Assembly: GCA_050953065.1 (NCBI GenBank)
Contig: JBMNLZ010000003.1
Coordinates: forward strand, 1-64,000
DNA: 64,000 nucleotides
Direction: 5' to 3'
From: Bacilli bacterium
GTDB lineage: Bacteria > Bacillota_I > Bacilli_A > ML615J-28 > CAG-698
Shown here: positions 8,485-17,834 of the stretch, piece after piece
Numbering within the stretch: position 1 is the first letter of the stretch
How the letters are laid out: every line of letters begins with the position of its first letter
Made by a program: the position numbers and the translations under genes
Notes under the pieces: model-generated
Databases searched by the model: none
Seen by the model: only the letters and a program-made list of their open reading frames with translations
What the model was told of the DNA's origin: nothing

Positions 8485-11400
8485 TTACGAAGTTTTTATG
8501 AATGTCTTTGTATCCCACAATGAATAACCTCTCATGCCAGTCACCTGACAATAATAACCTGTACCACCATATTGATGAATTATATAGTGATTGTCTCCAA
8601 CTTTTCCTAAATACATCATAACATGCCCACTCATTAATAGAATAGCTCCCATTCTAACATTTTCTAATAATGAATAGTTAGTGCCAATATTATAACTTGG
8701 ATATACCCTTGCATAATTACTAGCAGTTATTAAAGATTGTTGTGAAGTATTTCTTGGAAGTAAGAATCCACAAACCTTATATGCAGCCCAAATTGTTGAA
8801 GAACAGTCTCTATCAGCATTTAAGTCTCCCCAACCATATGGTTGACCTAACATCTTGAACATTTGTTTAACAACATTTCTTGTTGTATATGGTAAATATC
8901 CAACGCTAACATATTCATTGCTATCAATTGGAATAGCCACACTAGTTCCAGCAGTAACAAGTTTTCCGTTATTATTTCTTCTTGTAGGTACTCTTATCGT
9001 AGCAGAACTTGAAGTACTTGAAACTAAAGGTAATCTTACCCCCATTCTTAATTCAGTTGGAAGGCCTGTTATTTGAGTCGTTTTAATTCTTTCAGCCGTA
9101 ATTACAGCAAAATCAGTAGAATTAGCATAACTTAACATATCTGCAGCTGTACATGTTCCTACAGTTGTTGTTGGAATCCAGCCAAAATAGTTTTGACTCC
9201 TTACAAGCAACCATGTAGTACTATATTTACCATAAATAACCACTCCTTCTCCAACTTCAAGTCCTGTTTCAATATAAGATGTAGCAGTTGAAGTTGTAGG
9301 TTCATTTTTCATAAGTGCAAACGATGTAACAACAGCATATTCAGCAGTTGTAAGGCGAGTCCAACTTGAACTTTTAAAAGGTTCTTTATTAGTATAACCA
9401 AACTCACTAATTAAAGCATCGCATTGAGCAGTAGTAATTGTAGTTATTTGAGCTAACGCAGTAACACTAATTAATCTCATATTTCCTTGATTAATCATTG
9501 TAGTATTTTGTGTAGCAATTTCAGCAGGAGTTAATAAAACTTCATTAATATTTAATCCTTCATTTAATGCCTTACCTAACCAATAGAATGGATTTGTCAT
9601 TTCTTGAGTTGCAGGACTACTGTATGTTGGATTAGAACCAAATGTAATTAATTTATCATATGGTTCGGTGCCACTAACATAAATAGTAACAGTTCCTTCT
9701 ACATTAGGATCAGCAGCTAAAGTAGCTGTAATTGTAACAGTACCTGCCGCTTTAGCTAGAACTAAACCACTACTATTAACAGTTGCATAACTAGTATTAC
9801 TACTTGCCCAAGTTACAGCATAACCACCTTCAACTGATGCTTGAGTAGTAGTATATGTTGTAAGATTAGTTTGTCCAGCACTAACAACTAAAGTAGTTGG
9901 AAGTGGTCCAGCCCCATATGTTGCAACATCAGTCCATTTTGCATAATACATTGCAGCTGGAGCAACTCCTGCAGCAATACTTGTTATAGGACTTCCACTA
10001 AAGCTAGAATTATTATACCATCCTTCAAATACATATCCTTCTCTAAATGGCGCCTTCAATACTGCAGTTTGTCCTTGCAAGTAAGTTGTAATTTGATAAG
10101 TTGTTGCAGTAGATGTAGTTCCATCAGCACTCCAATATAGGGTAGGAGTTGCTAATTGTTGTCTTAGATTTAAGTAACTACCACTTCCATTTGATTGAGA
10201 TCCATAGAAATATGCATCTAGAAGGAATCCAGCACCCGATTTAACTTGCTTCATAGTTGTCGGATCAGTAGATGTAATTGATGGATAGGCAGTAGTTAAA
10301 TATAAATTTACCAAATGAATCAATACATTCTGATATTTACTCTTATAAGGTTCTGTTCCAAAGAATCCACCAGTGGCAATTGTTCCTGAAATTGAATCCC
10401 AGAAGAATTGTGAATATCCATCAGTTGCACCATAAGTTCCAGTAGATGTACAGTTATAAAGAGCAACTGGGTCAGTTTGAGCAGTACTAAATCCTGCCCA
10501 AGTTGTTGTTTGTAAAGATGTTGCAACAATTGAAGATGTTAACAAATTATTATCTTTCAAGTATTGATAAAAATCTTGCATAAAGATTTCAGGTAAATTT
10601 GAAACTCCATCCACATAATAACGTCCAGCCCAAGCACCTGATTGTATAGTACCAACAGTACCTGTTGTCCAAGTCCAAGAACCATTATTTAATGCATAAT
10701 TAATCGTATAAGTCGAAGGAGCTCCACCACTCCATTTTGCATAAAGTGTAGTTGTACTTGAAACACTCGTAACTGGCGAACCGTTAAAGCTTGCATTATC
10801 ATACCAACCTTCAAATGTAGCACTAGACTTATTAGGTGTTGGCAAACTTGTAACTGGTGCACTATAGTTATACGCAGTTTTTTCTATATATGTGCCAAAG
10901 CAACCGTTAGCATTAGAACTAATCGAATAATCCGCAGCAGTTCCAATAGCATCGCCTCTTGCTGCTAAAAATGCCCATGTTTCCCATCTAGGAGCAGATG
11001 CTTGAGTTAACGGATCATGAGTATTATTTAATATTTTTTGAAGTTCAGCAACATTATCAGTATGAGCAACAGTTATTAAATATTCAATCATCCACATCCA
11101 TTTATTTTTATAACTAGCATGATTAAAGAAATTACCTACATTTCCTGCATTTGCATAGTTTCTGCCAATATAAGCAGTTGTGCCATCATAGCCAGCATCA
11201 CCACTTTGCAATAAACTCATACGACTTAAACTAGCTCCAGCATTAGCATTATAGAATGCTGTAAAGTCATCTAGATAATCATTTACCATATCTTCTCTTG
11301 TTTCATACACCCAATAACCACCATTTAAATTATAAGTAATAGTGAAATTATCCTCTGTAAAATACGCTACAAGTGTGATATTTGAAGTTACAGGAGTATT

Positions 11401-14400
11401 AAAGTTATATGTACTTCCATTTAATCTCCACTCAACAAATGTATATCCACTCTTAACAGGATCAGTTGGTTTAGCAACTGTTGCTCCAGAAACCACAGTT
11501 GAAGTTGTATAAGTATTTCCATCTACTGTAAATGTAACTACATAAGTTGTATTTAATGTAAAATATGCAGTAAGTGTAATATTTGAAGTTACAGGAGTAT
11601 TAAAGTTATATGCACTTCCATTTAATTGCCATTCAACAAACGTATATCCAGATTTTGTTGGGTCTGCTGGTCTAGTAACCATATCTCCTGAATTTACGGT
11701 TGAAGTTGTATAAGTTGTGCCATCTACTGTAAATGTAACTGTATAAGTTACAGTTGCCTCAAAATATGCTACAAGTGTAATATTTGATGTTACTAAAGTA
11801 TTAAAGTTATAAGCAACACCATTTAATCTCCACTCAACAAATGTATATCCACTCTTTACAGGATCTGCTGGTTTAGTAACAGCAGTATTAGAATTAACAG
11901 TTACATTATTAGTTACTCCATCAACATTAAAAGTAACTACATATGTTTTATTAAAATCTCTAACTTGTTCTAAAGCAAAAGTTGAGCCAACTGTATAACC
12001 AGTATTAAATCCTAGTTGCCTATCTAAATATTTAGTAACATATAAAGCTTGTCCTTGAGATAGTGTAATACCTGTTTGCCCATTATAATAAACCCCTAGA
12101 ATTTCTCCATCAACATCTATTTTTACAGCCACTTCATTGGTTACATTTTCACCATTAAAGGCTGTACTATTAAAATTAAATGTAATAGTGTTTGCATTAG
12201 TTGATGTATTTCTAATCACGTTACCACAAGATTTATAGATTACGTCTTGGGCAGCCCAAATTGCTGCAAACTGAGAATCAGTATACGTAGTATTGCTTGA
12301 AACAGAAATATTAACAAGATCCTTAACCAAGAATAGTACCGCAGTATCACTTTCTCTAGTTAAAGTCCATCCATTCCATTCAGTTGCACCAACCCCAGCT
12401 GAAACAGAATTATAATGTTTCTTAGTATAACCATCCGGCAAAATTCCAAAGTTAATTTGTTTTGTAGCTGTATGGCTATTTAGCGTTCCTTTAATAGTCC
12501 TATAAGCAGTATCTAAACTATAAACTGATTTGTAAGCACCTGATGCTATATCAAACAAATCCTCATTTTCTCCAGTTTGATAAGCCCAAGTAAGCCCTGG
12601 ATAAGTTGGGAATGCGTAGTTTGCTGGAATATGGTTTGGTAGGGATGCAACCATATTAGCAAGTAACTCACTATCTGATAAAGCTGCTTGATATGTAACA
12701 ACATTACTATATTTATAATACACATTACTATTATATAAATATGAAACATAAGTACATGCGTTCCACTTTTGAGTAGACAATACACCACTTAAAGAAACTG
12801 CAAATTCATTATTGTTTGTTGCGATTAAACTTCTAATCTTGTTAACTCCAGGAGTTGCAATAGTTAAACCGCTTTCTAAATTACCTTGATATATTAACAT
12901 TCCCTTTTCAATTAATGTATAGTCCTCTGGCAATGAATACGCACCCACAAAAGATAAAAATCCATTTTCTATTTCAGTATCTATTATATTAGGTGAAATG
13001 CTTGCAACTGGTTCTTCTGCTACTGCTCCACTTAAAACAGCAGTTACAGTTTCATCACCATATACTGAAAAAGTATAACTCAAATCATAACTTACAATTT
13101 CTCCATTCCTCATCCAATAACTAAAAGTTGAAAAAGAATTAGCAGTAACTGTAATTGTACTATCATATGCTGCAGTTACACTTGGAACAGTTCCATTTTG
13201 TATAGTTATAGTATATATATCACTAACATTCTTAATAAAAATCGGCAAAATAATTAAGTCTTCAGTTACATTATTATATGCTTCACTCCAATGACTAAAA
13301 GTATAGCCTTGTTTTGTAGGAATAAGACTTGTAGAAGGCGCACTAACACTAGCACCACTACTACAAATTTCTAAACTTAAAATATTTCTATTTTGATCCA
13401 TAAATAACACATAGTGCATATTATTTGGAACAAAATAAGCTTTATAATTTACATCACTATTAACTTTAAAAGCATATGTTGTTTGAAAACTGATAACTTT
13501 ATTATTTTCAGCTAAGAATAAATATCTATAGCCAGAATTTGGACTAACTAAAATTGAATTTGAACTTCCATAAGTAGTATCATAATTACTCTTAGCAATC
13601 GTTCCGTAACTACTATTATTTACAGAAAGATTAATATTATAATATGTAACTCCAGCTAGTCCATTAACAGTTATTTCGTGAGTATCAAATTTATCAGGAT
13701 TTGAAACTGACGTTGCAGTAATAGTTACTGTCCCAACACCTACTGCACTAACTAAACCGTTTGAAGACACAGTAGCAATTAAAGGATTACTACTTTGCCA
13801 GTTTACACTTGTATTAGTCGCATTACTAGGTAATACTTCTACAGATAACTGTAAAGTATTATTGATAGTCATGCTTGTATTTCCAGATATAGTTACACTA
13901 GTAACAGCAACTGAAACTATTTCAATTTGTTTTGAACCATAAACTGATCCATTTAAAGTTGAAGTCGCTGTAATTGTTGCAAGCCCAGTTGCAACTGCAG
14001 TTACTTTACCAGTTTGATCAACTGTTGCAATATTAGAATTACTTGATGACCAATTTACATCTTGGCATGTATAACTTGGTAAAGCAGTTGCTGTAAAATT
14101 AGTTGTGCTTCCAATTTCTAAGTAATTTTCACCAGTAACAGAAATTGAGTTTGGAGCCATTGTTGTATCAATAACTGTAACACTATGAGTATCTACAATA
14201 CTTCCATCAGCAGCTGATGCCGCAGAAATATTAACAATCCCACCAGAAACTCCAGTTACTTGGCCTAATTGATTGACTGTGGCAATACTTGTATTAGCAC
14301 TACTCCAGACAACTGCTTGATTAGCATTCACAGGACTAACACTAGCCGATAAAGTAATAGTAGAATTTTTATTCACTTGGTTTGCACCAGTTATTGAAAC

Positions 14401-17400
14401 CGAAACTGGTGGTGCATAATTTACTGCTATTTCTTTTGTTCCATAAATATTTTCATCTAAAGCTGATTTAGCAGTAATAATAACATTACCAACATTAACT
14501 CCAGTTACAACTCCACTTGAAGAAACTGTAGCAATACTTGTATTACTTGAATACCAATTTACATCTTGACTAGCTGAACTAGGTAACGCTGTAGCAGTCA
14601 AAGTAGTATTACCACCTTTTACAACACTCAATGCACCAGAAACAGAAATAGATGTAGGTACGCCACCAGGCACGGTAAATGTCTTACTATCCATCCTATT
14701 AGTATTAACACTAGAAACACAATTAATAGTAGCAACGCCATACCCTACTGCATTAATTAACCCTTGAGGGGTAACAGTTAAAACATTGGTATTACTTGAA
14801 TACCATTGAACATCATTAATCGCACCAGTCGAAGGTGATACAATAGATGTTAATTGTCTTGTTGTATTATAGTCAATTGTATTAGATGTAGCACCAATTG
14901 CTACTGATGTTACATCAGTAGAACCACTTGGCACATTATTATAAATAATTGAAAAATTATCAAAATATAAAGTTCCACTTATCTTTGGTAATCCACCAAT
15001 AGCAAGAACTCTTATAGCAAAAGTAATTTGACTAGCTGACACAGTTTCAGGAAAAGCAAATTCAACATATCTCCACCCTGTCCAATTTACTGTAGCTGGA
15101 GTAGGTTCAGCGTAAAGAACTGTACCATTTACGTTTAATTGTGAGCGTAAATTAGCACCTTTGCCATCACCATAACACCAAAAACCAAGACCTATTGCTC
15201 CCGGTGTTAATCCAAAATAAGCATTATCATCTATATATCTTCCAACATAAACACCATCAGTGCCAGTAGCATTAAGTAAATTATATGTAACTTTTAAAGA
15301 TTTGCTACCAAATTTTACATAACTTAAATCATTATTTATACTTGCAGTTCCAGACCCATTATTTAGATTTTGAGTTTGCCATACGTTGCTTTCAAAAGGT
15401 TCTAATTTCATAAAATTATTTTGTGAAATTGTAACTTGCATCGTATCATATAGTCCATTTTCTACAGTAGTAGCTGTTATATTAACAACTCCTGGTCTAA
15501 GAGGTACCAACCTACCAGTACTTTCAATAATTGCAATTGTAGTGTCACTAACACTCCAATTATATGTATAAGGATCTCCAGAAAGTGATGAAGCAATATA
15601 TGAATTACTAAAACCAACTTCTGCAGTAGATTCCCCCGAAATTGTAATCGCTTCATTAGAAATTGATAAAATCTTCGTATCAAAAATTGAAGTATCAGCG
15701 GTGCTTCTTGCAGTTATTGTAACTTCTCCTGTTGTTGTAGAATTGGCAGTTACTTGACCAGCTGAGTTTACTGTAGCTAAAGATGTATTGCTAGATGTCC
15801 AAGAAACTGTTTGAATTGCTCCTGCTGGAGAAACAGTAGCACTTAAATTCACTGTTTGTCCAAGTGCCACAGCATTCGGTCCATTAATCGTAACCGAAAC
15901 TGGTGAAGGTCTAGTAACACTAATTACGTGTGTGTCATATATGTTAGTATGAGTAGCACTTCTTGCAGTTATTGTAACTGTACCAGTAGAAACACCAGTC
16001 ACTTTACCAAAAGCATCAACTGTTGCAACACCTGTATTATTACTACTCCAATTAACTGCTTGAGAAGCCCCTGTTGGTGAAACAACAGCAGTTAATTGTG
16101 TTGTATTAGCAATATATAAACTACTTGCTCCGCTAATAGTAACAGCAGTTGCAGGAACAAAAGGAGATTGATATGTTAAAGTGCTTTCAGTATTAGTTCC
16201 TGAAATTGCTCTAATTCCATATCTATAACTTATTCCTTGTTGAGCAGTTGTATCTATATAACTATTAGTTGAAGAACCTACTACTGTTATTAATTCATCA
16301 ATAGTTGAATTAATTGTAGTCCCAGTTGTCCTATAAATTGCATATCTTTTAGCACCAGGTTTTAGGCTCCAAGTTAAATAACTACCATCAGCATAAAAAT
16401 CACTTACTTCTCCGAGATTAACTGCTGTCATAGTTCTTGTTTCTGGAATTAACGATTTATAATTCCAAATATTTTTAAGTTGAGCTATTTTTTGAGAAGT
16501 AAAACTTGTATCACCATCCCTAGCATTTTTTAAATATATATATTTATAAATAAATGTTCCTCTAACATGCGCAAACTGTGTAAGATATCTAGTTTGCATC
16601 TCTGCTTCATAAACATTGGTTCCCCAGGAATAATCCGTTCTTCCAATTCCCATTCCTGAATACAGGTTTACTTTTTTACGATCAACTACTTTTGCCCACC
16701 ATTCCATCAAATCGGCAAATTGTCCTGTAGTATGAGTAAATCCCCAATAAGATTGTGGAGTAATATAGTCAATCCATTCATTATCAACCCATTTTTTTGT
16801 ATCCGCACAAAGATAATATCCATAATGCTCTTGACATCCTGAGTTATTTGACCCATATACTGAATATGTCCCATTTGAATCATATGTCCCGCCAATTGCT
16901 TGGGCTCTACTTGAAACAGTTCTATATACACCTGTTGGTGAAATTCCAAGTTGAACATATCTATTATTATTAGCATTATAAGTTCTAATCGATGTACTTA
17001 AAGAGGAAATAAAAGCATCAATATCAGCACGCTTATCAGCATCTGATCTACCTGTATTTGCTCCACTTGCGTAGAAATAATCATCAAAATGAATCGCATC
17101 AATATCATAATTTTGAATAAGTTCCATACAAGTATTTACTAAAAAATTTCTAACAATCGCTTTACTTGGATCTAATATCAAAAGATTATTATCTGAAGTT
17201 GTTAATAAGTTTGCAGAATTACTTGCAGGGTTAGCTGTCGGATAAGAATAATTATATAATGGTTCTGCTGAAGGATTTCCTACTCTATAAGGATTAAGCC
17301 AAGCATGAAACTCATAACCTTCTTCATGGCATCTATTTACCGCCCATGCTATTGGATCAAATGTATTAAAGTCAATACCATTTGTCCTCCAAGATTTAGG

Positions 17401-17754
17401 GTTTAATGCTGATGGATAAAAAGCATCATTATGTGTTCTAACATGGAACACCATCGTATTTAAATTATAATAATCCATATCATCAAGCAACTCTTCAAAA
17501 TTATCTCTAAAAGTTGCCTCACTTGCAAATGAAATGTCACCAACAAAAGCTGATACCCAAACAGCTCTCATATCAAACTTTTGTTTTTCATAGACATTTG
17601 GAATTTGAACAATAGAACTTGTACCTTTGTAGTATACTGGATTTCCTCCGATATATAAACCAGTCAAAGTATAAGCACCTACTGTCTGAAGCCCAAAATA
17701 CACTGCAAAAACTAATACTATTAAAGACATAAAGATTTTTCTAATTTTTTTCAT
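8485..17754 (-). CDS. giant secreted bifunctional hydrolase: GHL10 + FN3-like + 9 Big_2 + CBM-like + InlB-B repeats + C-terminal SH3-associated NlpC/P60 peptidase (paralogue B, ~3089 aa)
   Basis: N-terminal MRAVWVS/EFHAWLNPYR/HFDDYFY; repeated WSSSNxxxATV; PxKSGYTFVEW repeats; C-terminal LGQPYGWG..RDCSS..LPRNTSQQ..GHVMMYLG..IIH (Cys-His-His). Confidence 0.92.
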   Translation of the reverse strand: MKKIRKIFMSLIVLVFAVYFGLQTVGAYTLTGLYIGGNPVYYKGTSSIVQIPNVYEKQKFDMRAVWVSAFVGDISFASEATFRDNFEELLDDMDYYNLNTMVFHVRTHNDAFYPSALNPKSWRTNGIDFNTFDPIAWAVNRCHEEGYEFHAWLNPYRVGNPSAEPLYNYSYPTANPASNSANLLTTSDNNLLILDPSKAIVRNFLVNTCMELIQNYDIDAIHFDDYFYASGANTGRSDADKRADIDAFISSLSTSIRTYNANNNRYVQLGISPTGVYRTVSSRAQAIGGTYDSNGTYSVYGSNNSGCQEHYGYYLCADTKKWVDNEWIDYITPQSYWGFTHTTGQFADLMEWWAKVVDRKKVNLYSGMGIGRTDYSWGTNVYEAEMQTRYLTQFAHVRGTFIYKYIYLKNARDGDTSFTSQKIAQLKNIWNYKSLIPETRTMTAVNLGEVSDFYADGSYLTWSLKPGAKRYAIYRTTGTTINSTIDELITVVGSSTNSYIDTTAQQGISYRYGIRAISGTNTESTLTYQSPFVPATAVTISGASSLYIANTTQLTAVVSPTGASQAVNWSSNNTGVATVDAFGKVTGVSTGTVTITARSATHTNIYDTHVISVTRPSPVSVTINGPNAVALGQTVNLSATVSPAGAIQTVSWTSSNTSLATVNSAGQVTANSTTTGEVTITARSTADTSIFDTKILSISNEAITISGESTAEVGFSNSYIASSLSGDPYTYNWSVSDTTIAIIESTGRLVPLRPGVVNITATTVENGLYDTMQVTISQNNFMKLEPFESNVWQTQNLNNGSGTASINNDLSYVKFGSKSLKVTYNLLNATGTDGVYVGRYIDDNAYFGLTPGAIGLGFWCYGDGKGANLRSQLNVNGTVLYAEPTPATVNWTGWRYVEFAFPETVSASQITFAIRVLAIGGLPKISGTLYFDNFSIIYNNVPSGSTDVTSVAIGATSNTIDYNTTRQLTSIVSPSTGAINDVQWYSSNTNVLTVTPQGLINAVGYGVATINCVSSVNTNRMDSKTFTVPGGVPTSISVSGALSVVKGGNTTLTATALPSSASQDVNWYSSNTSIATVSSSGVVTGVNVGNVIITAKSALDENIYGTKEIAVNYAPPVSVSITGANQVNKNSTITLSASVSPVNANQAVVWSSANTSIATVNQLGQVTGVSGGIVNISAASAADGSIVDTHSVTVIDTTMAPNSISVTGENYLEIGSTTNFTATALPSYTCQDVNWSSSNSNIATVDQTGKVTAVATGLATITATSTLNGSVYGSKQIEIVSVAVTSVTISGNTSMTINNTLQLSVEVLPSNATNTSVNWQSSNPLIATVSSNGLVSAVGVGTVTITATSVSNPDKFDTHEITVNGLAGVTYYNINLSVNNSSYGTIAKSNYDTTYGSSNSILVSPNSGYRYLFLAENNKVISFQTTYAFKVNSDVNYKAYFVPNNMHYVLFMDQNRNILSLEICSSGASVSAPSTSLIPTKQGYTFSHWSEAYNNVTEDLIILPIFIKNVSDIYTITIQNGTVPSVTAAYDSTITVTANSFSTFSYWMRNGEIVSYDLSYTFSVYGDETVTAVLSGAVAEEPVASISPNIIDTEIENGFLSFVGAYSLPEDYTLIEKGMLIYQGNLESGLTIATPGVNKIRSLIATNNNEFAVSLSGVLSTQKWNACTYVSYLYNSNVYYKYSNVVTYQAALSDSELLANMVASLPNHIPANYAFPTYPGLTWAYQTGENEDLFDIASGAYKSVYSLDTAYRTIKGTLNSHTATKQINFGILPDGYTKKHYNSVSAGVGATEWNGWTLTRESDTAVLFLVKDLVNISVSSNTTYTDSQFAAIWAAQDVIYKSCGNVIRNTSTNANTITFNFNSTAFNGENVTNEVAVKIDVDGEILGVYYNGQTGITLSQGQALYVTKYLDRQLGFNTGYTVGSTFALEQVRDFNKTYVVTFNVDGVTNNVTVNSNTAVTKPADPVKSGYTFVEWRLNGVAYNFNTLVTSNITLVAYFEATVTYTVTFTVDGTTYTTSTVNSGDMVTRPADPTKSGYTFVEWQLNGSAYNFNTPVTSNITLTAYFTLNTTYVVTFTVDGNTYTTSTVVSGATVAKPTDPVKSGYTFVEWRLNGSTYNFNTPVTSNITLVAYFTEDNFTITYNLNGGYWVYETREDMVNDYLDDFTAFYNANAGASLSRMSLLQSGDAGYDGTTAYIGRNYANAGNVGNFFNHASYKNKWMWMIEYLITVAHTDNVAELQKILNNTHDPLTQASAPRWETWAFLAARGDAIGTAADYSISSNANGCFGTYIEKTAYNYSAPVTSLPTPNKSSATFEGWYDNASFNGSPVTSVSSTTTLYAKWSGGAPSTYTINYALNNGSWTWTTGTVGTIQSGAWAGRYYVDGVSNLPEIFMQDFYQYLKDNNLLTSSIVATSLQTTTWAGFSTAQTDPVALYNCTSTGTYGATDGYSQFFWDSISGTIATGGFFGTEPYKSKYQNVLIHLVNLYLTTAYPSITSTDPTTMKQVKSGAGFLLDAYFYGSQSNGSGSYLNLRQQLATPTLYWSADGTTSTATTYQITTYLQGQTAVLKAPFREGYVFEGWYNNSSFSGSPITSIAAGVAPAAMYYAKWTDVATYGAGPLPTTLVVSAGQTNLTTYTTTQASVEGGYAVTWASSNTSYATVNSSGLVLAKAAGTVTITATLAADPNVEGTVTIYVSGTEPYDKLITFGSNPTYSSPATQEMTNPFYWLGKALNEGLNINEVLLTPAEIATQNTTMINQGNMRLISVTALAQITTITTAQCDALISEFGYTNKEPFKSSSWTRLTTAEYAVVTSFALMKNEPTTSTATSYIETGLEVGEGVVIYGKYSTTWLLVRSQNYFGWIPTTTVGTCTAADMLSYANSTDFAVITAERIKTTQITGLPTELRMGVRLPLVSSTSSSATIRVPTRRNNNGKLVTAGTSVAIPIDSNEYVSVGYLPYTTRNVVKQMFKMLGQPYGWGDLNADRDCSSTIWAAYKVCGFLLPRNTSQQSLITASNYARVYPSYNIGTNYSLLENVRMGAILLMSGHVMMYLGKVGDNHYIIHQYGGTGYYCQVTGMRGYSLWDTKTFIKTS
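11359..11946. repeat. three tandem ~201-bp intragenic repeats (Listeria-Bacteroides/InlB B-repeat units)
   Basis: Units begin at ~11359, 11560 and 11761 and share long identical blocks, e.g. atatttgaagttacaggagtattaaagttatatg and tttaatctccactcaacaaatgtatatccactc. Confidence 0.9.
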
Positions 17755-17799
17755 AATGACGCCTTCTTTCAATTTGTATTTATTATTTTTCGCATAACA

Positions 17800-17823
17800 A
17801 GGAAGAACTTAAAAATTCTTCCT
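17800..17823 (-). terminator. hairpin between paralogues C and B (weak terminator or mRNA stabiliser)
   Basis: aggaagaa/ttcttcct stem with only a TGTTAT tail. Confidence 0.55.
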
Positions 17824-17834
17824 CATTTTTAATT

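Noticed and set aside
11359-11946. Possible CRISPR array
   Set aside because: 201-bp in-frame coding units without a repeat-spacer structure, and no cas genes.
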